From Bdellovibrio sp. (GTDB taxonomy: Bacteria; Bdellovibrionota; Bdellovibrionia; Bdellovibrionales; Bdellovibrionaceae), in the NCBI GenBank assembly GCA_046318155.1, contig JBKCUU010000011.1, positions 38,922 to 102,921 of the forward strand: a DNA stretch of 64,000 nucleotides, read 5' to 3'. Positions 48,784-58,760 of the stretch are shown piece by piece. The notes under the pieces are model-generated. The model did not search any database. It was not told where the DNA came from and was given only the letters and a program-made list of their open reading frames with translations. A program made the position numbers and the translations under genes. Numbering within the stretch: the stretch's first letter is position 1; the number at the start of each line of letters is the position of its first letter.

Positions 48784-49875
48784 ATGCCAAGGCGCTTTGA
48801 CTTTGATGAAAAAATGCTCACTTCGCTCGTAGGAGGAAGGTCCGCACTGGATCTTCCTGGTCTGCGATTAAGGTCCGAAGATGAAGCAACGGCCTTCGTT
48901 AAGGCCTACGGGTTCGATCTCGATATTCCTGAACAGGTTGAAAAACTTTGGTACTATCATCGTCGTAGCTTAGTCTTGTTGACCGAGAAACTCGGATTCA
49001 AGGCGGACGAAATTCCCGAAGTCTTTCGCGATCGCAAGCAGCTCTTAGATTTGCGCCGAGTGCTGCTGTGGGCAAGTTCAGATCTTCCCTATGAAAAAGA
49101 GCTCCAGCGCTGGAGTTGCGCTTTGCTCCGCGTGATGCACGTTTTTGTGCACGCTGAAAATGATTTGTTTTCTGCTTTTTCTGAAGAGATTCAAAAGCAG
49201 ATCCTGTCGCCTTTTCAGGAATGCTTGAGTACCGATGGGTCAAGCGGCATCACGCACGTCAAATCGCAGCGCGAGTCGGGGGACTCTATTGCACTTGAAG
49301 GGTTTGAAATTAAACCGTTTAAGACGTCATCGAGCACTGTGATCAAATTGCTAGCCAAGCCCGATGCTTTTGCCATGAGTGTTTTTGATAAGCTCGGCGT
49401 TCGCTTTGTCACTAGAAATCTTTTTGATACCTTTAAGATTGTTCGTTTTTTAGTTGAAGAAAATCTGGTGAGTTTTCCTCACGTGATGGCGGATCAATCT
49501 TCAAACACGCTTTATCCTGCTGATCTTTTTATCGAAATCACACAGCGGATGGCGGCTGAAGGAGTACAGCTGGGCGAAGATCAAATGCAAGCCCGCTTTG
49601 AGCAGGCGCTTGAAGAGAAGAAAGATCAAATTCAATTCGTTAAAAAAGAGAATTACTTTTCCGGCGAAGATTATCGGTTTATCAAGTTTATTTCGCGCCG
49701 GCTGGTTCGGATCCCTGGTGGGCTCGTGTTCTTTTATCCCTTTGAAGTTCAAATTATGGATCAGCGATCGCACCAAAAAATTCTATCGGGACCATCGCAT
49801 CACCAAGCCTATAAAGACCGTCAACGCGGAGCCGCTCGTCGCCGCTTGTTTCCGGACCTCGTCGAGACCCCATGA
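48784..49875 (+). CDS. TIGR04552-family protein (RelA/SpoT nucleotidyltransferase-like)
   Basis: KLL.KP......FDKLGVRFVT, FEVQI, H..YK.RQ motifs. Confidence 0.75.
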   Translation: MPRRFDFDEKMLTSLVGGRSALDLPGLRLRSEDEATAFVKAYGFDLDIPEQVEKLWYYHRRSLVLLTEKLGFKADEIPEVFRDRKQLLDLRRVLLWASSDLPYEKELQRWSCALLRVMHVFVHAENDLFSAFSEEIQKQILSPFQECLSTDGSSGITHVKSQRESGDSIALEGFEIKPFKTSSSTVIKLLAKPDAFAMSVFDKLGVRFVTRNLFDTFKIVRFLVEENLVSFPHVMADQSSNTLYPADLFIEITQRMAAEGVQLGEDQMQARFEQALEEKKDQIQFVKKENYFSGEDYRFIKFISRRLVRIPGGLVFFYPFEVQIMDQRSHQKILSGPSHHQAYKDRQRGAARRRLFPDLVETP

Positions 49876-50609
49876 ACCTTTTTGCCTTGATTCGATCCAC
49901 GCTTGCCGTGTTCCTTTTTTTTCCGATCGTGACGCTTCTTCTTTGTGTGGCCACCTTGTTCGCCGTTTTTGTCCTAAGATCAGAAAAAATCAGCAACAAA
50001 CTGATCTTGCTCTGGGGACGCTTTAGTTGCTTTGTCTTCAACGTCGACATCGAAGTTCAGGGCCGAGAGAGCCGTCCTACCGGCGGTGCGATTATCCTGT
50101 TTAATCACAAAAGCTTCTTTGATATTTTTGCTCTGTATTCGCAGTTTCCTGAGGCTCGCTTCGGAGCTAAGATCGAATTGTTTTCGATCCCACTTTTTGG
50201 CGCCACGATGAAAGCCTTAGGGACGCTGCCGATTGCAAGGGGCAACCGTGAAGCGGCCATTCGCGTTTTGCAAGATTCTTATGAAGCCGCACGCAAGGGT
50301 CGCCAGTTCGCGCTTTCGCCAGAAGGTGGACGCAATACGGGTGCGGGGATTTTGCCTTTCAAGGCGGGTCCTTTTTTGGTTGCGATTGAAGCCGGTGTTC
50401 CGATCATGCCGCTCGTGATCTGTGGCGCGGATGAAGTTTGGCCGAAGGCGACTTTGATTCCGGCGACCAAGTTTTGGCGATCAAAAATAACGATGAAGGT
50501 TTTAGAGCCGATTTCAACAGTTGGCTTCACGACCCAGCGGCGAGATGAGTTGCAAAAAATTGTTCGTGAGCGAATGATCACTGCTCTTTCAGAACTTTCC
50601 AATCCGTAA
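49872..50609 (+). CDS. plsC: 1-acyl-sn-glycerol-3-phosphate acyltransferase
   Basis: NHKSFFD, PEGGR, FK.G.F motifs. Confidence 0.85.
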   Translation: MNLFALIRSTLAVFLFFPIVTLLLCVATLFAVFVLRSEKISNKLILLWGRFSCFVFNVDIEVQGRESRPTGGAIILFNHKSFFDIFALYSQFPEARFGAKIELFSIPLFGATMKALGTLPIARGNREAAIRVLQDSYEAARKGRQFALSPEGGRNTGAGILPFKAGPFLVAIEAGVPIMPLVICGADEVWPKATLIPATKFWRSKITMKVLEPISTVGFTTQRRDELQKIVRERMITALSELSNP

Positions 50610-51885
50610 CCAGGCCGTAGCGAACCGAGCCGACCAGCCAAGCTTTCAAAACACCCGTATCAAGAGTGATCTGGATCTTTCCGGGTTGTTCCACTTTGAC
50701 TTCTGAAATTTTAAGAACGCCGGGAGTCCGTTTGTGACGTTTTTCAATCAATCCTGTCAGATCTTCCCAGCGAAGGTAGGGTTGAAACGTCTGGCCTCGA
50801 TCTGTCGAACGAAAGTTTCCAACGAACAATTCACCATTCAAGCCAAAGGCGACCGGGAGATTTTCTTGGTTGAAGGTCGCCAGTCCCCGCCAGTTCTTCC
50901 CATCTTGGGTGTAAAAGACGCCATTGGCGGAAACAAGGGCCTCGTCAGGTTTTTCGGGATGTATGGCTGATTGGAAAAAAGTTTTTTCTAAAACGTCTTC
51001 GGTTGAAAGATAGCTCGAGCGCTTGCGACCAATGGGCTTGTGCTCGCTGCGTTTCCAAAAAATTCTGCCATGCCCTTTCAAGTCACTTTCAGCCCATTGA
51101 ATCCACTCGCCTCTTTTGATTTCGACAGTGGATCTGGCGGTGAGGTTTTCGCTGCCTGCTTTCTGATTCAAGATTCCCAGCTCCGGTTTGGTCATCATGC
51201 TCGAGAGGTTCTCAATGTCGACTCTCGTGTTATTTTTAAGAACGAGTGTGTTGCCTTCGCGGTGTTGAAAGGCCTGCCAAGATTTAACGTTGCTCATGAT
51301 GAAGCTCGCAAAATCGACTTTCAGCAAAACAGCGCCGGGCTCTAGATAGCCCTCTTGCAAATGGTTGGCGAGTGAACGGACTTTAATAAATTTATTTTCA
51401 AATCCTAAAACTTGATAGCGCTCCAGAGCCCACGCCGCTTGGTTGGTGTTATCTTTCCAAGTTGGAGTCTTTCGCAGAGGATGACTTTGGTGAACCAGGG
51501 CGACGCCCAAGTCATCGGGCGCAGGGACCAGTTGATCTGAGGAGTTCCACAGTACTTCTTTTTCGTACTTGACCTGGTACCACGGGGATTCGTAGCGCTG
51601 GATAAAGCCAGTTAGGCCCGTTGTTGTATTGAGCACTTTGAAGGCGAGATCTAAATCTCGGCAAACTGTTTTCGCCGACAGGCGCAGCTTGCGGCCGTCT
51701 TTTTGGACCCAATAAAAGTTGAGTGTCTGCATCGCTCTTTTTGAGTTTTCAAGGACATCGAGACGGGCCTGCCCGGATTCGAAAAGACTTTGGGGTGTCC
51801 GAAAGAACGAGACCGCCGGCGAGAAAGACGCCAAAACAGGGCAAAACCAAAAAAGCAGCACAATCCCAGATAACAGTCGAGGCAT
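50578..51885 (-). CDS. Hypothetical secreted protein with Asp-box/BNR-like repeats
   Basis: Signal peptide; TQDGKNW and STDRGQTF; start could be 51906. Confidence 0.65.
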   Translation of the reverse strand: MPRLLSGIVLLFWFCPVLASFSPAVSFFRTPQSLFESGQARLDVLENSKRAMQTLNFYWVQKDGRKLRLSAKTVCRDLDLAFKVLNTTTGLTGFIQRYESPWYQVKYEKEVLWNSSDQLVPAPDDLGVALVHQSHPLRKTPTWKDNTNQAAWALERYQVLGFENKFIKVRSLANHLQEGYLEPGAVLLKVDFASFIMSNVKSWQAFQHREGNTLVLKNNTRVDIENLSSMMTKPELGILNQKAGSENLTARSTVEIKRGEWIQWAESDLKGHGRIFWKRSEHKPIGRKRSSYLSTEDVLEKTFFQSAIHPEKPDEALVSANGVFYTQDGKNWRGLATFNQENLPVAFGLNGELFVGNFRSTDRGQTFQPYLRWEDLTGLIEKRHKRTPGVLKISEVKVEQPGKIQITLDTGVLKAWLVGSVRYGLVTDWKVLKEQ

Positions 51886-51950
51886 GTCCAACGATTTTGG
51901 CAGCATTTTGTTGTCGGCGGCAGACCAGTTTCGCTACGATTAGACTTAGA

Positions 51951-52991
51951 TTGAAACCCCTCTTATTGCCCCTTTGCTTTTTACTTTTCTCACTCCAGGT
52001 CCAGGCAGCGGACGAGCTGGATCAATTGGGCCGTTTCGAAATTTCTGAATTTGCGCTCTCGCCGCGCTTAGGTCTCCAAGAGCCGGGCCAGGGCGGCTTC
52101 GAATTGTCGCAATCATGGATTGGTTTTGAGTGGAGGAGGGACGAGCTGGTTCGTGGTGTTTTGAAGCTCGGAAGCTCGGATTTGAATGCACCGGCCATTT
52201 GGAATTCACCTGAAGTTCGTCCCAGCTTCGGGGTTTCGGAAGCCTGGATGGAGGGGCGATCGGGATTTGGTGATATGCGCGCGGGCTTGCTTTCAATTCC
52301 GCAGGCATTTGAAGGCCTCTCGCCTGATTGGTCGGCTGTCTTACCCGAGACACGCGCACGTCGAAAGTCGTGGTTTATTAAGCGAGATTTTGGTTTACAG
52401 CTCAACTGGGCGACTAAAAAATGGGAAACATCCGTCACCGTTCACAACGGCGAGTCGGCTGAAAACAAAGACGGTCAGTATTGGGTGACCTCGCATTGGC
52501 AGTACAAGACACCGGGTGGCTCAGGGGTGCTTGTCACGGGCAGCGTGGGTCAGACCAAGTCCGAAAGCACGCTTACGTCACTGGCAGGATTGGCCGAGAA
52601 TCGTTTTGTCTTTGATCGAACAGAAAAAGCCAAGATTCGCCAGGGCAGTGTTGCCCTCTTTCGTGAGCAAAGACGAAACCTGCTTTTGCTCGAAGCTGGT
52701 CGCGGCGAGATTTTGCAGAAAGAAGAGAAAAACTCTTTTTTCTGGGCCCACTTGGATGCGGTTTGGAATTGGGGATCGGATGCCAGTCTGCTCTTTCGTT
52801 ACGAACTGAATCAGCCCGATCAAAAAGATTCAAAATCGATGCTCAAGAGCCCAGGCTTAGGGGTGTCGTACTCGTCAAAAGACAACTTACAGTCGCTCAC
52901 AGCCTTTTACAGCCGCCTCGAAGAGGATCCAGAAGTCCCCAGTGATGAGTTCTGGCTCATTTTCCGGATTCATTCATTGTTTGCCAAGTAG
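51951..52991 (+). CDS. Probable outer-membrane beta-barrel (porin-like) protein
   Basis: TTG start MKPLLL with signal peptide; alternating beta strands; RD.G...V.NG pattern. Confidence 0.6.
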   Translation: MKPLLLPLCFLLFSLQVQAADELDQLGRFEISEFALSPRLGLQEPGQGGFELSQSWIGFEWRRDELVRGVLKLGSSDLNAPAIWNSPEVRPSFGVSEAWMEGRSGFGDMRAGLLSIPQAFEGLSPDWSAVLPETRARRKSWFIKRDFGLQLNWATKKWETSVTVHNGESAENKDGQYWVTSHWQYKTPGGSGVLVTGSVGQTKSESTLTSLAGLAENRFVFDRTEKAKIRQGSVALFREQRRNLLLLEAGRGEILQKEEKNSFFWAHLDAVWNWGSDASLLFRYELNQPDQKDSKSMLKSPGLGVSYSSKDNLQSLTAFYSRLEEDPEVPSDEFWLIFRIHSLFAK

Positions 52992-53005
52992 GCAAACACT
53001 TTTGC

Positions 53006-53500
53006 TTACTTGAGAGTCTCGGCGTTTAAGTAAGACTTGGTTTGAGAAATCGGAGAAAGACTTGAAGTTTTGAGGACGACTTCAGTTTGTGCCCTGAGCA
53101 TCATGCATTTCATTCGAGAATTGTCAAAAACGGTGAGTTCTTGAGTTGCGCCGTCGATGTCCATGATCGAGGCCTTGTAGATTTTTGAACCGCAGGCGGT
53201 TTGGCTCATTTCAATCATCGGCAGTTTGATTTCAACGTCGTCGAGGGCTAAGTCGCGGCAGATGGCGTTGCTGGGGCATTGATTGCCGCGGCTGAGGCGG
53301 ATGATCAACTGCTGTGTTTCTTTTTGAATGATGATCTGACCCGAGCGCAAATCACCGGGAAGGCCGAGTGAAGGATCCAATTCAACAGCTACAAGGTTGG
53401 CTGACAAAGTTTGTGAATGGGCCTGTACCGAAAAGAAAAAGGCGCCGACCAAAAGCACCGAAGGAATCAAGAAGGCCCAGCGGATCAAAATTGTCTTCAT
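53006..53500 (-). CDS. Hypothetical secreted protein
   Basis: Signal peptide; four Cys (CPSNAIC, ACGS, KC). Confidence 0.7.
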   Translation of the reverse strand: MKTILIRWAFLIPSVLLVGAFFFSVQAHSQTLSANLVAVELDPSLGLPGDLRSGQIIIQKETQQLIIRLSRGNQCPSNAICRDLALDDVEIKLPMIEMSQTACGSKIYKASIMDIDGATQELTVFDNSRMKCMMLRAQTEVVLKTSSLSPISQTKSYLNAETLK

Positions 53501-53586
53501 ATCTCGAGCTCCTAAAAATGGATCAGTCTTTGGGGTGCGGCTGAAAAGAGCGGCCCCTCATTTTTTTGTTCTCAAGGATCCGCTTG

Positions 53587-53603
53587 AGCAAGGCGGATGC
53601 CAA
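53587..53603 (-). promoter_or_regulatory. Sigma54 promoter
   Basis: Minus strand TTGGCATC-CGCC-TTGCT with GG-N10-GC spacing, upstream of 53500. Confidence 0.65.
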
Positions 53604-53681
53604 CGGACTTCGAACCGGGCAAGGGCCCTGTTCTGCTCTGATTGGATTATGGGCAGTGAGTGCTGGTCCCAAAAACCGATC

Positions 53682-53728
53682 TGGAACTGGAAACATGGTT
53701 CCAAAGTTGAACTCTAAAAAATGTTCAA
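53682..53728. promoter_or_regulatory. Tandem palindromes TGGAAC-N10-GTTCCA and TTGAAC-N10-GTTCAA
   Basis: Two perfect inverted repeats of identical geometry, 3 bp apart. Confidence 0.55.
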
Positions 53729-53803
53729 AGCGTGACTTCGCAGTCCCCGCATGCGAAACAAAATGACCTTTTCAGTAGGCATTCTAGACGCAAGGAGTCA
53801 TCA

Positions 53804-54673
53804 GTGGGATTAGAGTCGATTCGTACGCTTGGAGTGGTGGGCGCCGGTCAAATGGGCAACGGGATCGCGCAAGTGGCCGCGAGCTTTGGCCTCAACGTCA
53901 TCATCAGTGACATAAGCGAAGCTTCGCTGACCAAGGGGATGGCAACGATTGGCTCCAGCCTTGACCGCTTGATTAAAAAAGGAACGATGACCGAAGATCA
54001 AAAAAAAGATGTCCTTGGCCGAATTAAAACAGCCGTGGGCATGCAGGCACTGACGGAGGCTGACTTTGTTGTAGAGGCCGCCACTGAAAACATCGACCTC
54101 AAGCTTAAAATTTTTAAAGAGCTCGATCAGATCGTTAAACCCGGTGCGATTTTAGCGAGCAACACCTCGTCAATCTCGATCACAAAAATTGCGGCCGCCA
54201 CCAAACGCCCTGACAAAGTGGCCGGCATGCATTTTATGAATCCGGTTCCTTTGATGAAGTTGGTCGAGGGTATTCGCGGCCTGCAAACCTCGGATGAGAC
54301 GTTTCAAACGGTCAAAGCCTTAACCGAAAAGATGGACAAAGTGTTCGTCGAGTCGGTGAAAGACATGCCGGGTTTTATCGTCAATCGCATCTTGATGCCC
54401 ATGCTTAACGAAGCCGTCTACACTTTGCATGAGGGGATCGCGCAGCCCGAGGCGATCGACAATGCCATGAAGCTTGGAACCAATCAACCGATGGGACCCT
54501 TAACGCTGGCAGATTTTATCGGGCTGGATACGTGCCTTGCCATCATGAATGTCTTGCATGAGGGCCTTGGCGATTCGAAGTACCGCCCTTGCCCCTTGCT
54601 GGTGAAGTACGTTGAAGCGGGATGGCTCGGACGAAAATCAGGTCGCGGCTTTTACAAGTACGAGGCCAAATAA
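53804..54673 (+). CDS. hbd: 3-hydroxybutyryl-CoA dehydrogenase
   Basis: [35 protein letters not shown] start after AAGGAG. Confidence 0.93.
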   Translation: MGLESIRTLGVVGAGQMGNGIAQVAASFGLNVIISDISEASLTKGMATIGSSLDRLIKKGTMTEDQKKDVLGRIKTAVGMQALTEADFVVEAATENIDLKLKIFKELDQIVKPGAILASNTSSISITKIAAATKRPDKVAGMHFMNPVPLMKLVEGIRGLQTSDETFQTVKALTEKMDKVFVESVKDMPGFIVNRILMPMLNEAVYTLHEGIAQPEAIDNAMKLGTNQPMGPLTLADFIGLDTCLAIMNVLHEGLGDSKYRPCPLLVKYVEAGWLGRKSGRGFYKYEAK

Positions 54674-55461
54674 TGGATTTTCAATTTCTAAAGCTCGGCA
54701 CTGAAGGTAAAGTTTGGACGGTGACACTGAGTCGCCCGGATGCGCTGAATGCACTCAACTCAGGGTTGCTTCATGAGCTCGGTGAAGCCCTCACCATGGT
54801 CGAAAAAGCATTTCCCAAACAGTGCCTGGGGCTCGTGATCACGGGACGCGGCGAAAAATCTTTTGTCGCCGGTGCCGACATCAAAGAAATGCGCGGACTG
54901 AATCCAGTTGAGGCCGAAACGTTTGCCCGCCGCGGACAAGGCATTTTTCGGCGTATCGAAAAACTGCCCGTGCCGGTGATCGCTGCCGTCAATGGTTTTG
55001 CTTTAGGCGGTGGTCTCGAGCTGGCGCTGGCTTGTGATTTTGTTTACGCCTCGGACAATGCCCGCATGGGACTGCCAGAAGTGAGTCTTGGGCTGATCCC
55101 GGGTTTTGGTGGAACCGTTCGCCTCGCCAGGGCCGTTGGACTCGCGCAGGCGCGAGAACTGATTTTTACGGGTGAGATGATCAAAGCCGACCAAGCCTTG
55201 GTCATGGGTCTTGTGAACCGCGTGATGTCGCAAGCCGAGCTTTTGCCCGCAGCCATAAAAACACTTGAAACAATCGCGACACGGGGACCTTTGGCTGTTC
55301 AGACGGCAAAGAAGTCGACACTCGAAGCGTTTGATCAAGAGATTGATTTGGGACTCAAGACCGAGTCGTCGCATTTTGCTCATTTGTTCTCCACTCAAGA
55401 TATGAATGAAGGAACGGCCGCCTTTGTCGAGAAGCGAAGAGCCCTTTTTACAGGACAGTAG
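54673..55461 (+). CDS. crt: Enoyl-CoA hydratase (crotonase)
   Basis: FVAGADI, GFALGGGLELALACD, LPEV.LG; TAATG coupling. Confidence 0.9.
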   Translation: MDFQFLKLGTEGKVWTVTLSRPDALNALNSGLLHELGEALTMVEKAFPKQCLGLVITGRGEKSFVAGADIKEMRGLNPVEAETFARRGQGIFRRIEKLPVPVIAAVNGFALGGGLELALACDFVYASDNARMGLPEVSLGLIPGFGGTVRLARAVGLAQARELIFTGEMIKADQALVMGLVNRVMSQAELLPAAIKTLETIATRGPLAVQTAKKSTLEAFDQEIDLGLKTESSHFAHLFSTQDMNEGTAAFVEKRRALFTGQ

Positions 55462-55470
55462 GAACTCACC

Positions 55471-58400
55471 ATGAAGCCGCAAAACAAAAGTCAACTGCCC
55501 GGGTTTAATCCACACAAAGCCAGCTACCCCATCCGCGTGGTGACGGCCGCCAGTCTTTTTGATGGCCACGATGCGACCATTAATATCATCCGCCGGATTT
55601 TACAGGACTTTGGTGCCGAAGTGATTCACCTTGGGCACAACCGGTCGGTGGCGGATGTCGTGAGGGCCGCTCTGCAAGAAGGCGCGCAAGGAATTTGCGT
55701 GAGTTCTTATCAAGGTGGTCACATGGAGTACTTCAAATACATGAAGGATTTGCTCCATGAAGCGGGTGCCGGTTACGTCAAAATCTTTGGCGGCGGCGGC
55801 GGCGTGATTGTCTATGACGAAAAGAAAGAACTCGAAGCTTACGGGATTTCTCAAATCTTTCATCCTGATGATGGCCGTAGATTAGGTCTTGAAGGCATGA
55901 TCAATATGATCATTGAGGCCTGTGATTTTGATCCGGTCCAGGCTGCCAAAACTCAAAAAGTAAAAAACTCATTTGAAGGAAAAAACCCAATCCCCTCGTA
56001 CGAGTTGGGCCTAGCGCTTTCGGCGATCGAAGCCGGAGACAAGTCTCTCGACTTAAAGAGTTTTCGGTTGGAGGGGTCCGCGCGCAAGGGACCTACTCCC
56101 TTGATTTTAGGAATCACGGGCACAGGCGGAGCTGGGAAATCTTCACTCATTGATGAGTTGATTCAGCGTTATCTGAATGCGTACCCGAACAAGAAAATCG
56201 CAGTTGTTTGCGTTGATCCTTCGAAAGCCAAAACGGGGGGGGCGTTGCTGGGTGATCGCATCCGCATGAACTCGCTTTCACGTGACCGCGTTTTTATGCG
56301 GTCGGTGGCGAGCCGGGGATCAGGCCGCGAAATCGCCAGCAGCCTGCCAGATCTTTTAAACTCCTGCAAAAAACTGGATTTTGATTTGATCATAGCCGAG
56401 ACCTCAGGGATCGGTCAGGGCAACACCGCTATTACCGAAGTGTCAGATGTTTCGATGTACGTGATGACGTCTGATTTTGGCGCTCAGTCACAGCTCGAAA
56501 AAATTGACATGATCGACTTCGCCGACATGATTGCGGTCAACAAAGCCGACCGGCGCGGCGCTCAAGATGCGCTTCGTGACGTCAGTAAACAGTACAAACG
56601 CTCGCGCAAAATGTTTGAGGGTGGCGAAGTGGTGCCGGTCTTTTTGACTCAGGCTTCGCAGTTTAATGATGGCGGCATCAACCGTTTGTTTCTGCACCTC
56701 ACGGAGGTCCTCGCCCAAAAGCAGCCGGATTCAGAGTGGGCACTCACCGAGGCCTACAAGAAAACCATCTTGGCGGCCGAAGAGCACGTCATTATTCCCG
56801 CGGACCGACAAAACTACCTGTCTGAAATCGTCGCGACCGTTCGCGGGTATAAAAAACGAACCGAGGAGCTCGCTGAAAAAGCCTCAAAGCTGGGCGCGAT
56901 TGAAAAGCTTCGGACTGCGATGAAGGGCAGTGCCTCGGAATTTGACTCGTTATGGAAAGAGCTCTGCGCGAGCTTTCAGGCCGATGAACTCGAGCAGCTC
57001 CAGAGTTTTGGTGAACTGCAAAAACTTTACTCCGGCGACGAGTTTGTTTTTAAGGTGCGTGACAAAGAAATCCGTCAACCGCTGACGCGCGAGTCTTTAT
57101 CTGGAACCAAGATTCGCAAAGTTGTTGTGCCCAAGTTTAAAGACTGGGGCGATCGCTTTCGTTACCTCAAACTTGAGAACGTTCCTGGAAAGTTTCCGTT
57201 TACGGGCGGCGTGTTTCCGCTCAAACGTGATGATGAAGACCCAAAACGCATGTTCGCCGGTGAAGGCACCCCTGAGCGCACCAACCGTCGCTTTCACTAT
57301 TTGTGTGAAGGCGAAAAAGCCCACCGGCTTTCGACTGCCTTTGATTCGGTCACCTTGTATGGACAAGATCCCAACAACCGGCCCGACATCTTTGGTAAAG
57401 TCGGCGAGTCGGGAGTGAGCATCTGCACGCTTGATGACATGAAAAAGCTCTATGCGGGTTTTGATCTGATCTCAGCCAACACCTCTGTCAGCATGACAAT
57501 CAATGGTCCCGCGCCGATGATTTTGGCCTTTTATTTTAATACGGCCATTGATCAACAAGTTGAGCGTAAAGAAAAAGAGCTCGGCCGACAGTTATCGCAA
57601 GCCGAGTGGAAAGAACTTGCAGACTGGACGCTCACGCAAGTACGTGGAACGGTTCAAGCCGACATCCTCAAAGAAGATCAAGGCCAGAACACCTGCATCT
57701 TTTCGATTAACTTTGCGCTCAAAATGATGGGCGATATTCAGCAGTACTTTGTGAACCATAAGGTTCGCAATTTTTATTCGGTCTCAATCTCGGGCTACCA
57801 CATTGCCGAGGCGGGGGCGAATCCCATTAGTCAGCTGGCCTTTACGCTCTCGAATGGATTTACGTTCGTAGAGTACTACTTGGCCCGAGGGATGAAGATC
57901 GATGATTTTGCACCGAACTTATCGTTCTTTTTTTCGAATGGTTTGGATCCCGAGTATTCAGTGCTGGGACGGGTCGCCCGCCGAATCTGGGCCGTGGCGA
58001 TGCGAGATTTGTACAGCGGCAATGACCGCTCGCAAAAACTCAAATACCACATTCAGACCAGTGGCCGTTCACTGCACGCGCAAGAAATTGCCTTCAATGA
58101 CATCCGCACAACATTGCAAGCCCTGATCGCTATTTATGACAATTGTAACAGCTTGCACACCAACGCTTACGATGAAGCGATTACGACGCCGACCGAAGAG
58201 TCGGTTCGCCGAGCGATGGCAATTCAAATGATCATCAACCGTGAGTTCGGCATGACGATGAATGAGAACCCCATGCAAGGGTCTTACTTTCTTGAAGAGC
58301 TGACGGATTTGGTTGAAGAAGGCGTGCTGGACTTGTTTTTGAAAATCAATGAGCGCGGGGGCGTTTTGGGCGCGATGGAAACTCAGTACCAGCGTTCAAA

Positions 58401-58752
58401 AATTCAGGAAGAGTCGTTGTACTACGAGACGTTGAAACATAATGGTTCTTTGCCAATCATTGGTGTGAACACGTTTGTGGATCCGAAGACAGTGGTGGCC
58501 GGCTACGTTCCTCCTAAGATTGAACTCGCCCGGGCCAGTTACGACGAGAAAAACCAACAGCTCGAGAACGTGAAAAAGTTTCAGGATGCACACAAGCACG
58601 AAGGTGACCCAGCCTTGATCGAGTTGCAGAGGGCAGTCCTGACTGGACATAACATCTTTGAATCGCTGATGAAGGCCTCTCGGGTTTGTTCACTTTATCA
58701 AATGAGCCGCGCTCTTTATGAGGTTGGCGGCCAATACAGGAGAAATCTGTGA
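55471..58752 (+). CDS. icmF: Fused isobutyryl-CoA mutase / GTPase chaperone
   Basis: N-terminal B12-binding FDGHD; GTGGAGKSS P-loop; mutase domain RMFAGEG; 1093 aa. Confidence 0.93.
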   Translation: MKPQNKSQLPGFNPHKASYPIRVVTAASLFDGHDATINIIRRILQDFGAEVIHLGHNRSVADVVRAALQEGAQGICVSSYQGGHMEYFKYMKDLLHEAGAGYVKIFGGGGGVIVYDEKKELEAYGISQIFHPDDGRRLGLEGMINMIIEACDFDPVQAAKTQKVKNSFEGKNPIPSYELGLALSAIEAGDKSLDLKSFRLEGSARKGPTPLILGITGTGGAGKSSLIDELIQRYLNAYPNKKIAVVCVDPSKAKTGGALLGDRIRMNSLSRDRVFMRSVASRGSGREIASSLPDLLNSCKKLDFDLIIAETSGIGQGNTAITEVSDVSMYVMTSDFGAQSQLEKIDMIDFADMIAVNKADRRGAQDALRDVSKQYKRSRKMFEGGEVVPVFLTQASQFNDGGINRLFLHLTEVLAQKQPDSEWALTEAYKKTILAAEEHVIIPADRQNYLSEIVATVRGYKKRTEELAEKASKLGAIEKLRTAMKGSASEFDSLWKELCASFQADELEQLQSFGELQKLYSGDEFVFKVRDKEIRQPLTRESLSGTKIRKVVVPKFKDWGDRFRYLKLENVPGKFPFTGGVFPLKRDDEDPKRMFAGEGTPERTNRRFHYLCEGEKAHRLSTAFDSVTLYGQDPNNRPDIFGKVGESGVSICTLDDMKKLYAGFDLISANTSVSMTINGPAPMILAFYFNTAIDQQVERKEKELGRQLSQAEWKELADWTLTQVRGTVQADILKEDQGQNTCIFSINFALKMMGDIQQYFVNHKVRNFYSVSISGYHIAEAGANPISQLAFTLSNGFTFVEYYLARGMKIDDFAPNLSFFFSNGLDPEYSVLGRVARRIWAVAMRDLYSGNDRSQKLKYHIQTSGRSLHAQEIAFNDIRTTLQALIAIYDNCNSLHTNAYDEAITTPTEESVRRAMAIQMIINREFGMTMNENPMQGSYFLEELTDLVEEGVLDLFLKINERGGVLGAMETQYQRSKIQEESLYYETLKHNGSLPIIGVNTFVDPKTVVAGYVPPKIELARASYDEKNQQLENVKKFQDAHKHEGDPALIELQRAVLTGHNIFESLMKASRVCSLYQMSRALYEVGGQYRRNL

Positions 58753-58760
58753 TGATCGCC

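Noticed and set aside
53610..53800. Cobalamin riboswitch upstream of the icmF operon
   Set aside because: No B12-box or GGGAA/CCC core recognisable
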